64,000 nt of DNA, from assembly GCA_024403255.1 (NCBI GenBank), contig JAKSSE010000002.1, positions 4,279-68,278 on the forward strand, written 5' to 3'. Below the pieces are notes generated by a model, which saw nothing but the letters and a program-made list of their open reading frames with translations, was not told the DNA's origin and made no database searches. The first letter of the stretch is position 1. Each line of letters begins with the position of its first letter. Shown one piece after another: positions 1 to 7,317 of the stretch. The position numbers and the translations under genes were made by a program. The stretch is from Lachnospiraceae bacterium (GTDB lineage Bacteria > Bacillota > Clostridia > Lachnospirales > Lachnospiraceae).

Positions 1-4
1 GTAT

Positions 5-214
5 ATGGAATTTGTTGAAGAAGATGATGAATACGGCGATGTACATGTTCAAATATTTGCTGATCAAAAATTGATGGGTTATTTGCCGGATAAATATATA
101 GATGATTTTGAAACATGTATGGAAAAATACGACGATTATTGTATCGATTATAAAATCACAAAGGGGATTAACGGAATGTATGAGTGCGAAATGACGTTCA
201 CATGGGGAGATTAA
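5..214 (+). CDS. hypothetical acidic protein; the frame is open to the window edge, so this may be the C-terminal part of a longer protein
   Basis: 69-codon ORF ending in TAA at 212-214, with no stop between nt 2 and the ATG. It is D/E/Y-rich. No family was recognised with confidence. Confidence 0.3.
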   Translation: MEFVEEDDEYGDVHVQIFADQKLMGYLPDKYIDDFETCMEKYDDYCIDYKITKGINGMYECEMTFTWGD

Positions 215-453
215 TAGTAATAAAAAATTACTGCTAAGAGAAAGATTACAATCAAGCAAACTTGCTAGGTAATTTCGAGAATGTAGGTGTTAAAACCAAA
301 TTTGATGGGGCTCAAACGTATTTTGTAGTATTTTGAAGTATTGTTGTTGGAAAACTAAGAGAATATAATATAAAAGATACGGTTTTTGTGCAGTAGGTGT
401 TAAAGAACATGACTATGGATAGTGTAATTATCATCGTGTAGGAGAGATGAAGC

Positions 454-2592
454 ATGGGTAAGAATCCAAGATGTCTATTTGAAGATAAAATTGAATCATT
501 TCTTAATAAAGAAAAGGAGTCAACTTTTGGAATTCTTTGTGAGGGATATCATGGAGATGCACTTACAACGACTAGAGAAGCTTGGCTTAAAGAAATAGAG
601 ATCCTTAAGCGTGAGTTACAACAATGGAATGATTCTGAAGGACATATTGTATTTGAGTATGATATTCCTCGTCTTGGAAAAAGAATAGATGTAGTTCTTT
701 TGTTGCGAGGCATTGTTTTTTGCTTGGAATTCAAGGTTGGAGAATCAAGGATTCTTGAAAGTGATGTTGATCAGGTCCTTGACTATGCGCTTGATTTAAA
801 GAATTTTCATAAATTCAGCCAGGATAGAATTGTTGTACCTATTTTGGTTGCGACAAAATATACAAAATCTTCAACTATCATTCAAAAATCAGTTTATGAT
901 GATAGAGTAGTGAATCCGTTAGTAACTGGAGAAAATGGAATAGCCGGTATGGTTTCGGAAATTCTTAAACTATATCCAAATGAAGGCAGTATTGATAGAA
1001 ATTGGGTAATAAGCCCATACTCTCCAACGCCAACTATTATTGAGGCAGCTAGGACACTTTATGAGAGCCATTCTGTTGAAGATATAACTAGGCATGAGGC
1101 GGATAAAGTTACTACTGATACTACAATTGCGTACATACTGGATGTAATAAAAAAGAGCAAGGAAAATGGAGAAAAGAGTATTTGCTTTGTAACTGGCGTC
1201 CCTGGTGCGGGAAAGACTCTTGTAGGTCTTGATGTGGCAGTTAGGCAAACGTATCAAGGCTTTGACCATCCTATTGAAGATGAAGGTGCTGTATATTTGT
1301 CAGGAAATGGACCGTTGGTGGCTGTTCTTAATGAAGCTCTTGCAAAAGACAATTACGCTAAATGCAAGGAGAGAGGAGAGTCGAAGAAGCTATCGGATTC
1401 AAGGCGTGAGGTTGGCAAATTCATTCAGATTATTCATCGCTATCGTGACAATATGCTTGCTAAAATTAAGAACCCTGTTGAGAATGGAATTCTTGAAATA
1501 GACCCAGAGAAGGCTGTGAAGATGCAAGCTGCAGGATATGGTGAGGTTGAGCACGTGGCTATTTTTGATGAGGCACAACGCTCGTGGACGCATAAGAGGC
1601 TGGCTGATTATTTAAAACGTGGTGGAACATATGGTAATAAACTAAAGGTTCCAAACTTCCCAATGTCAGAAGCGGCGTTTTTGATTTGGTCACTGGATCA
1701 AAGAGAAGATTGGGCTACGATAATATGTCTTGTTGGAGGCGGCCAGGAGATTAATACTGGTGAGGCTGGTATTACAGAATGGATTAAATCTTTAAATGAA
1801 ACATTCAAGCACTGGAAGGTATATATTTCACCAAAGCTTACAGAAGCGGAATATGCTGAAGGACAGGTAAATGAGTTATTAAAAGAAAATCATAATGTTA
1901 CGTATTCAGATAGTCTGCATCTTGGAGTGTCACTACGTTCCTATAGAGCGGAAAAACTATCAGCTTTTGTACATGCTCTATTAGATATTGATGATAGCGC
2001 AGCATCTATTTATGCGGAAATAAAAGATAAGTACCCTATTTTATTAACCAGAGATATGGAAAAGGCAAAACGCTGGCTTCATACTAAGGTTAGAGGCTCA
2101 GAGAAGACAGGAGTGCTTATAAGTAAAGAGTCTGCAAGGTATAAGCCACTTGGAATACATGTGTTGCAATCTGATGATGATAATGCGGTTCACTGGTTCC
2201 TTGAAGACAAAAAGGATACCAGATCTTCAAATTATCTTGAGGATGCAGCTACGGAAATACAGGTCCAGGGATTGGAGTTGGATTATACATGTCTGCTGTG
2301 GGATGCAGATATGCGCTATGAAAATGGCGAGTGGCACTATTATAGATTTAATAGGCAGACGAGATGGGATGAAATAAAAGCCGATACTGAGACCAAGCAG
2401 GAAAGAATGAAATATATGCTCAATGCATACAGAGTTTTATTAACTCGTGCTAGAGCTGGGATGATTATATGTGTTCCTGCTGGAAATGGTAATAAGAATT
2501 CTAGTGGATTCTGGGAGGATAGTACAAGACTTCCTGAGTATTATGATGGAACATATGAATATCTTAAAAGTTTGGGCTTTGACGAGATATAA
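454..2592 (+). CDS. DUF2075-type P-loop NTPase / SF1-helicase-like protein with an N-terminal PD-(D/E)xK nuclease-like module
   Basis: 712-aa ORF with SD AGGAGAG 7 nt upstream. N-terminal pattern E68..D79..E92-x-K94 (FEYD, RIDVVLLL, CLEFK). Walker A GVPGAGKT (aa 248-255), Walker B-like AIFDEAQR, and C-terminal LLTRARAGMIICV as in UvrD/RecD-like C-termini. Confidence 0.75.
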   Translation: MGKNPRCLFEDKIESFLNKEKESTFGILCEGYHGDALTTTREAWLKEIEILKRELQQWNDSEGHIVFEYDIPRLGKRIDVVLLLRGIVFCLEFKVGESRILESDVDQVLDYALDLKNFHKFSQDRIVVPILVATKYTKSSTIIQKSVYDDRVVNPLVTGENGIAGMVSEILKLYPNEGSIDRNWVISPYSPTPTIIEAARTLYESHSVEDITRHEADKVTTDTTIAYILDVIKKSKENGEKSICFVTGVPGAGKTLVGLDVAVRQTYQGFDHPIEDEGAVYLSGNGPLVAVLNEALAKDNYAKCKERGESKKLSDSRREVGKFIQIIHRYRDNMLAKIKNPVENGILEIDPEKAVKMQAAGYGEVEHVAIFDEAQRSWTHKRLADYLKRGGTYGNKLKVPNFPMSEAAFLIWSLDQREDWATIICLVGGGQEINTGEAGITEWIKSLNETFKHWKVYISPKLTEAEYAEGQVNELLKENHNVTYSDSLHLGVSLRSYRAEKLSAFVHALLDIDDSAASIYAEIKDKYPILLTRDMEKAKRWLHTKVRGSEKTGVLISKESARYKPLGIHVLQSDDDNAVHWFLEDKKDTRSSNYLEDAATEIQVQGLELDYTCLLWDADMRYENGEWHYYRFNRQTRWDEIKADTETKQERMKYMLNAYRVLLTRARAGMIICVPAGNGNKNSSGFWEDSTRLPEYYDGTYEYLKSLGFDEI

Positions 2593-2807
2593 TGTAACTT
2601 GGGGCGGTTCTCTTGCCTGGGGAACGAATGATTATATGATGTATTGGAAATAAAAAAGGAAATGAGCAAGTCCTGTCAGGAATAATCCTTACCCGGTGAA
2701 AACCCATTTCCTTTATGACGCGATTATATGCCTTATACGGTGCGCTGTCAACAAGTGTTTGAGTATTTGAGGATAATAGTAGTTGATGCGTGGAAGGACT
2801 AAAATTG

Positions 2808-3386
2808 ATGAAAAAGATATTTATCATCGTACTTATAATTATTATCATCGCTCTTTTGGCGGTAGTTGGAATTTTTATTTATGAAAGAGCTCATGTTTCG
2901 TTTCATTCTGAAGAGAATGGAATGTCAGTGTCTATAATAGGTGGAGCTGATGGGCCGACGTCGATTTTTTTAGCAGGCAAAGTAGGAGGCGACTCCAATG
3001 TTGATGAAGAAGTAGAGCAGGGGATAGATGCGATGCAGATAGAAATTCAAATAGGCGACAAGACTATGTTGGCTAATCTTGAAAATAATGATACCACGCA
3101 GGAGTTAGTAGAACTTCTTGGAACTGGTGAGCTTGTAATGTCAGCAACCAATTATGGCGGATTCGAGAAGGTTTGTAGCATTGGAAAAACTATTACTAGA
3201 GCTGACAAGCAGATTACAACTAGACCTGGAGATATTATGTTGTATAGTGGGAACCAGATGGTGATTTTCTATGATTCTAATTCGTGGTCATATACACCTA
3301 TCGGACATATAGACGCAACGCCAAAAGAATTGGAAGCGTTTTTGAGTGGGAGCGAGTCTGAAGTGACAGTTCGTTTGGCTAGATAA
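2808..3386 (+). CDS. membrane-anchored cyclophilin-like fold protein
   Basis: N-terminal hydrophobic helix (IFIIVLIIIIIALLAVVGIFIY). The C-terminal block (IQIGDKTMLANLENNDTTQELVELL ... PGDIMLYSGNQMVIFYDSN ... PIGHI) matches the cyclophilin-like domain pattern. Start moved to the ATG at 2808, behind GGAAGGA. Confidence 0.55.
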   Translation: MKKIFIIVLIIIIIALLAVVGIFIYERAHVSFHSEENGMSVSIIGGADGPTSIFLAGKVGGDSNVDEEVEQGIDAMQIEIQIGDKTMLANLENNDTTQELVELLGTGELVMSATNYGGFEKVCSIGKTITRADKQITTRPGDIMLYSGNQMVIFYDSNSWSYTPIGHIDATPKELEAFLSGSESEVTVRLAR

Positions 3387-3403
3387 ACTAGTGAGGATAA
3401 TTT

Positions 3404-3928
3404 GTGTATTTAGTATCTGTTTACTTTGATGAGAAAGCAAATAAAATACTGCAGCGATACATAGATAAAATTGCTGAGGTGACAGGCAATGATTTTATGA
3501 CGTCTCATAAAGTTCCTCCGCATATGACGATATCTGCTATTGAAGCGCGTGACATAGAAAGCCTTGTGCCGGCATTTAATTCTTTGAAAAATAAGCTGAA
3601 AACTGGGACGATTGATGTGGTTACGGTCGGGCAACTACTCCCTTACGTCATGTATGGTGGAGCTGTGATGAATGAGTATCTATTGGATTTATCGAAGGTG
3701 GTTTATGAGGCGTTTAAAGACGTGCCGGACACATCCATTAGTAAATATTATCAGCCATTATCATGGTTACCACATATCACTCTGGGGAAGACTTTGGGTA
3801 AAAATCAGATGGCGAAAGCTTTTAGTGTACTTCAGGAGAGTTTTGCGCCTATATCTGCCACAGTTACAAGGATTGGTCTTGCAAAGGTGAACCCGCATGA
3901 GGATGTGGCCACGTTTGAACTTAATTAA
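3404..3928 (+). CDS. 2H phosphoesterase superfamily protein (LigT / 2'-5' RNA ligase-like)
   Basis: Two H-x-T/S-x motifs at the expected spacing (PPHMTIS and LPHITLGK). GTG start 6 nt after GTGAGGA. Confidence 0.7.
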   Translation: MYLVSVYFDEKANKILQRYIDKIAEVTGNDFMTSHKVPPHMTISAIEARDIESLVPAFNSLKNKLKTGTIDVVTVGQLLPYVMYGGAVMNEYLLDLSKVVYEAFKDVPDTSISKYYQPLSWLPHITLGKTLGKNQMAKAFSVLQESFAPISATVTRIGLAKVNPHEDVATFELN

Positions 3929-4248
3929 GGAACTGGTGGCGTCTCTTTTGTATATAGAATAGCCTCATCAGAAACTTCTATCATATTGTCTTCTGTAATT
4001 GGTCCGTGAATTACATCTACTTTAAGCTGGAACATTTCCTCTAACTCATCTTTAATCATAGCCAATGTAATGAGTGAAACTGGAACAGAAAATTCCATTA
4101 TTAAATCAACATCGCTATTTTGTCTATTGCTGTGAGATGCTCTAGAGCCAAAAAGCACGACCTTTGATATGTTGTATTTATCTACAACAGATAATACTAT
4201 TTGTTTTATCGCTTCATTTGACGTGTTTGTAGCCTCCTTCCCAAACAA
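3925..4248 (-). CDS. MNT-type nucleotidyltransferase domain protein (MntA-like antitoxin fold) with no adjacent HEPN gene
   Basis: LFGSRASHSNRQNSDVDLIMEF matches G-S-x(9-11)-D-x-D of minimal nucleotidyltransferases. 107 aa with a TTG start. Its stop overlaps the stop of the convergent 2H gene within TTAA. Confidence 0.65.
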   Translation of the reverse strand: MFGKEATNTSNEAIKQIVLSVVDKYNISKVVLFGSRASHSNRQNSDVDLIMEFSVPVSLITLAMIKDELEEMFQLKVDVIHGPITEDNMIEVSDEAILYTKETPPVP

Positions 4249-4440
4249 TTACTTTCTTAATGTTAGTTTTAGTATAACCTGAAGTAATAGTCAACTCATT
4301 ACACTTGAAGGTGTAATGTACTGTGTTAAAAATGAAAGCGTAGATGACATTTTATACTACAAGTCCAATGACACTAGGGGCGTCCTCGCCTAGAATTATT
4401 TGCAGAAATAATATTAGGAATATACCAAGGAGGATGAGGT

Positions 4441-4932
4441 ATGTATAAGGAATTAGTAGCTGAGTTAAGAAATATTACTTCGGAAATTGAAGAATATAAT
4501 GAAAATGATCCTAGAAGCTCAATATTAGATGCGAGGATTGTTGATGTTATGAGAATGGCGGATAGGATGGCTTGGCTATGCAAAAAGGAGGGGCTTTTGC
4601 GGTTGAGGGAGGAAATCAATACTTATATCAACACTTTTCCATGTATCGATGTATTGAAGCAGATGATAACGTTAGTTGCGGACGGAATGGATCCGGAACT
4701 GGTTCGTGAATTTGCCGTGGCGAGATATTATGCATTAAATTTGCATGCCCATGATGCGCTAGCAGTAATGATTTACATCGAATTCACAAGAAACCTGCAG
4801 AAGGGAGTCGATCCTTACGTGATAGAAGAACTGATACTTGCAATAGTCCCTTGGCATATAGAGAAAGAATATCGTGAAATGGCGAAACATGAGAAGGAAA
4901 CGGATTGGTATAAAGCGGAGGTTCATGAGTAG
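4441..4932 (+). CDS. hypothetical soluble protein resembling the cytoplasmic loop of MotA-type stator proteins
   Basis: SD GGAGGATGAGG directly upstream. KKEGLLRLREEI ... LKQMITLVADGMDPELVREF resembles, from memory, B. subtilis MotA REGLLALE ... LKNGLSMAVDGQSAEFIRDI. No transmembrane segments. Confidence 0.45.
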   Translation: MYKELVAELRNITSEIEEYNENDPRSSILDARIVDVMRMADRMAWLCKKEGLLRLREEINTYINTFPCIDVLKQMITLVADGMDPELVREFAVARYYALNLHAHDALAVMIYIEFTRNLQKGVDPYVIEELILAIVPWHIEKEYREMAKHEKETDWYKAEVHE

Positions 4933-4951
4933 GTGATTGTAGTAAATTTAT

Positions 4952-4976
4952 AGCCCGCAAATGCGGGCTTTTTTTA
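4952..4976 (+). terminator. intrinsic terminator
   Basis: AGCCCGCA-aat-TGCGGGCT hairpin followed by TTTTTTT. Confidence 0.8.
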
Positions 4977-5037
4977 TGATATAATCGGTGAGATGGCACT
5001 TTTACATAGAGCGCATCGCAATAAGGAGGCCACGCTT

Positions 5038-5679
5038 ATGGACTTATCAAATATTACAATCAATACACAAAGCAGCATAAGAATAGCTGGTGATAAGGTT
5101 TTATATTTTGATCCAATTAACATAGAAAAAGAAGATCATGATGCAGATATTATCTTTATTACGCATGAGCACTATGATCATTTCGAGCCGAAGTCTATTG
5201 CAAAGATTAAAAATGAGAACACTATATTAGTTGCGCCGGCATCGATGGAAAAGCAGGTAAAAGCTGAGGCGGGTGTAGCTAATATTGAACTGTGGGAGCC
5301 AGGCACTGCTCATGAGCTTGTGGGATTATGCATTGAGTCTATTCCTGCTTATAATTTGTTTCCGAAGCCTTTTCACACCAAGGGTAAGAATTGGCAGGGG
5401 TATCTTGTGACGATGGATGGTATTAGTTACTATGTTGCCGGAGATACAGATGACAATGATGACATTAAAAAGGTCAGCTGTGATGTGGCGTTAATTCCAA
5501 TTGGTGGAAAGTTCACAATGGATAAGAAGCAGGCGGCGGATTATGTTGCGACTATAAAACCAAAGGCTGTTATACCGACTCATTATGGGGATATCGTGGG
5601 GCATCCGACAGATGGTAGTGACTTCAAGGGTTATATTGAGGCGATAGATGAGAATATCCAAGTGGAGCTGAGATTATAA
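5038..5679 (+). CDS. MBL-fold metallo-hydrolase
   Basis: HEHYDH metal-binding motif, and later AGDTDD and PTHYGD. Start set at MDLSN, behind AAGGAGG. Confidence 0.8.
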   Translation: MDLSNITINTQSSIRIAGDKVLYFDPINIEKEDHDADIIFITHEHYDHFEPKSIAKIKNENTILVAPASMEKQVKAEAGVANIELWEPGTAHELVGLCIESIPAYNLFPKPFHTKGKNWQGYLVTMDGISYYVAGDTDDNDDIKKVSCDVALIPIGGKFTMDKKQAADYVATIKPKAVIPTHYGDIVGHPTDGSDFKGYIEAIDENIQVELRL

Positions 5680-5685
5680 TTTATT

Positions 5686-5946
5686 ATGTGGACAATATCA
5701 AGAATTGAAGAAGCTGATTATGGCTGTGAAGAAAGAATGCCGGGCGAACCGTTGATGGTTCTTGTCACTTTGACAAATGAGTTTGGCGAAGTGATTCGTT
5801 TTGAGGCAGCAGAAAATTGGATAGAGCTGCAGGGCCTTGATGAAGGCGATGAGTGGCCGGAGGATATTGAGGGAGAAGATTCATCCAGGCAGGATGAGTG
5901 GATGGAAAACTACTACCGAGCGGTAGAAGAGATGGAAGATAATTAA
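5686..5946 (+). CDS. hypothetical small acidic protein
   Basis: 86-aa ORF 6 nt after the MBL gene and before a strong terminator. Very D/E/W-rich C-terminus. No family recognised. Confidence 0.45.
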   Translation: MWTISRIEEADYGCEERMPGEPLMVLVTLTNEFGEVIRFEAAENWIELQGLDEGDEWPEDIEGEDSSRQDEWMENYYRAVEEMEDN

Positions 5947-5954
5947 TGATATAA

Positions 5955-5993
5955 AAAGAAAACACCACCAGGGAGCTGGTGGTGTTTTCTTTT
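5955..5993. terminator. bidirectional intrinsic terminator
   Basis: AAAACACCACCAG-ggag-CTGGTGGTGTTTT hairpin flanked by A and T runs, between convergent genes. Confidence 0.8.
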
Positions 5994-5997
5994 GGGG

Positions 5998-6996
5998 TTA
6001 AATACTTTCTGTTTGTTCTTCAGAAAGTGTGAACGGAAGTCGCTGACCACTGCGGAAAGAATACTTTTCTCTTAGTTTTCTGAAATCCGTCGGGGTGCAG
6101 TTTTGGAATTGCTTAAACATTCGTATAAAGGAGGAGGTGCTGGAATACCCACATTGTATTCCGATCTGAGTGATAGACAAATCGGGATTTGAGAGTAATT
6201 CTTCAGCATAAGCAATACGTTGTTGATTCACATACTTATAAAATGAATCGTTTGTGTACTGTTTAAATAATCGTGAAAAATGGAATTTGCTAAATCCTGC
6301 TTTTTCAGCGACTTCTTCTAAGGTTATATCTTCTGTAAAATGCTCATCGATGTATCGGCATACAGCCATGAGCTTTCCTGCGTACTCCATTTTCTTTACC
6401 TGGGTAGTTGCAGGTGAATCGATTGTGTCGAGGTGGTTGCGGCCGATAAGCGTGAGCATTGTCAAAAGCTTTGCATAAATAATCGGTTCGCATAAAGTTG
6501 TGCTGCTTATTTCATCTATTTCCTGTATGTCGGCTGTGTTTGGATCATTACCACCTGCATACATGGAGTCGAATTCTTCGCCGGCACCATATTCTTCGCA
6601 TATTTCTTCGAAAAGTTTTACCAGTTTTCTATGGATTGCTGGTGAATTTTCCGGAGTAAATAATCGTGCTTTTCCGACAAATGCCAAAACTGAATTGATA
6701 CCGGTTATGGTTTTAAGCCTTGAAACATCTATCTGAAGGAAAAAACGTTGTCCTTCGGGTGGAGCAATCGTTGAATGAATTACACCAGACCCTATAAATA
6801 GAATGTCATAAGGATTAACATCGTACCTTTGGTCGTTAGCTATTATTGTGTAGCTATGCTCTATAGGCATCAGTATTTCGAGAGGCATGTGCCAGTGTGG
6901 GGGATAGTCCTCTGCGATATTATTGTGATATAGGCAGATATGAGTGTTTTTCTTATATAAAGGAGACTCATATGTGCCATTTAAGTTGTAAATCAT
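5998..6996 (-). CDS. AraC family transcriptional regulator (cupin sensor plus HTH)
   Basis: C-terminal AraC signature (GFSKFHFSRLFKQ ... ITQIGIQCGYSSTSSFIRMFKQ) and an N-terminal cupin-like HWHMPLE. The start is uncertain (6996 or 7044). Confidence 0.85.
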   Translation of the reverse strand: MIYNLNGTYESPLYKKNTHICLYHNNIAEDYPPHWHMPLEILMPIEHSYTIIANDQRYDVNPYDILFIGSGVIHSTIAPPEGQRFFLQIDVSRLKTITGINSVLAFVGKARLFTPENSPAIHRKLVKLFEEICEEYGAGEEFDSMYAGGNDPNTADIQEIDEISSTTLCEPIIYAKLLTMLTLIGRNHLDTIDSPATTQVKKMEYAGKLMAVCRYIDEHFTEDITLEEVAEKAGFSKFHFSRLFKQYTNDSFYKYVNQQRIAYAEELLSNPDLSITQIGIQCGYSSTSSFIRMFKQFQNCTPTDFRKLREKYSFRSGQRLPFTLSEEQTESI

Positions 6997-7187
6997 AGAA
7001 GTCTTGTCCCTTCGTTTTATATCTCCATTATATACAGATGGCAAAATATGTAAATACCAAATTTCTAAAAGTTGCTACTGAAAATTCGACACAGTGTCTC
7101 CAAAATGGCAAAAACAACTTTAAAATTGTGCAAGATGCACAAAAAACATACACAGAAATTAAGCAATTATCAAATTTGTTAAAAACA

Positions 7188-7221
7188 ATAGCAAGAATTG
7201 ACAACAAATATAGCAAGAATT
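7188..7221 (+). promoter_or_regulatory. two perfect 12-bp direct repeats (ATAGCAAGAATT) spaced 22 bp start to start; putative AraC-type operator
   Basis: Repeats at 7188-7199 and 7210-7221 lie about 30 bp upstream of a CATAAT -10-like hexamer (7251-7256), in the AraC / ABC-operon intergenic region. Confidence 0.4.
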
Positions 7222-7317
7222 TTGTGTCGCAAATGCAAATTAGTAATTATCATAATGCGTATAAGTTAGCTTTACATAGCGTAGGGCGCTTCTAAAATTC
7301 AAGGAGGTCAAAAGAGA

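Noticed and set aside
5-214. The small acidic product, considered as a DNA-mimic anti-restriction protein or a HIRAN-like domain fragment
   Set aside because: Acidic composition and a vague G-Y-L-P pattern are not sufficient evidence. The ORF may be truncated by the window edge, so no call is possible.
2655-2714. 10-bp perfect stem (AAAGGAAATG / CATTTCCTTT) enclosing a 40-nt loop with mutually exclusive TCCT/AGGA/TCCT pairings; considered as a possible riboswitch or attenuator upstream of the cyclophilin-like gene
   Set aside because: I could not match it to any known riboswitch class. It lies 60 nt after the DUF2075 stop and is most simply a weak-T-tract terminator or stabilising hairpin. 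Covariation analysis would be needed to say more.
4441-4932. Possibility that the 163-aa protein is the missing HEPN toxin partner of the MNT gene (it contains R-x6-H in ARYYALNLH)
   Set aside because: The motif is at the outer limit of Rx4-6H and lacks the usual polar residue after Arg. The gene is divergent rather than downstream of the MNT gene. The MotA-loop resemblance explains the sequence better. This is left as a side note only.
7038-7295. 85-aa ORF filling the AraC / ABC-operon intergenic region
   Set aside because: It has no SD and its Lys/Asn-rich composition reflects AT-rich promoter DNA. The region is better explained as a regulatory spacer containing the direct repeats.
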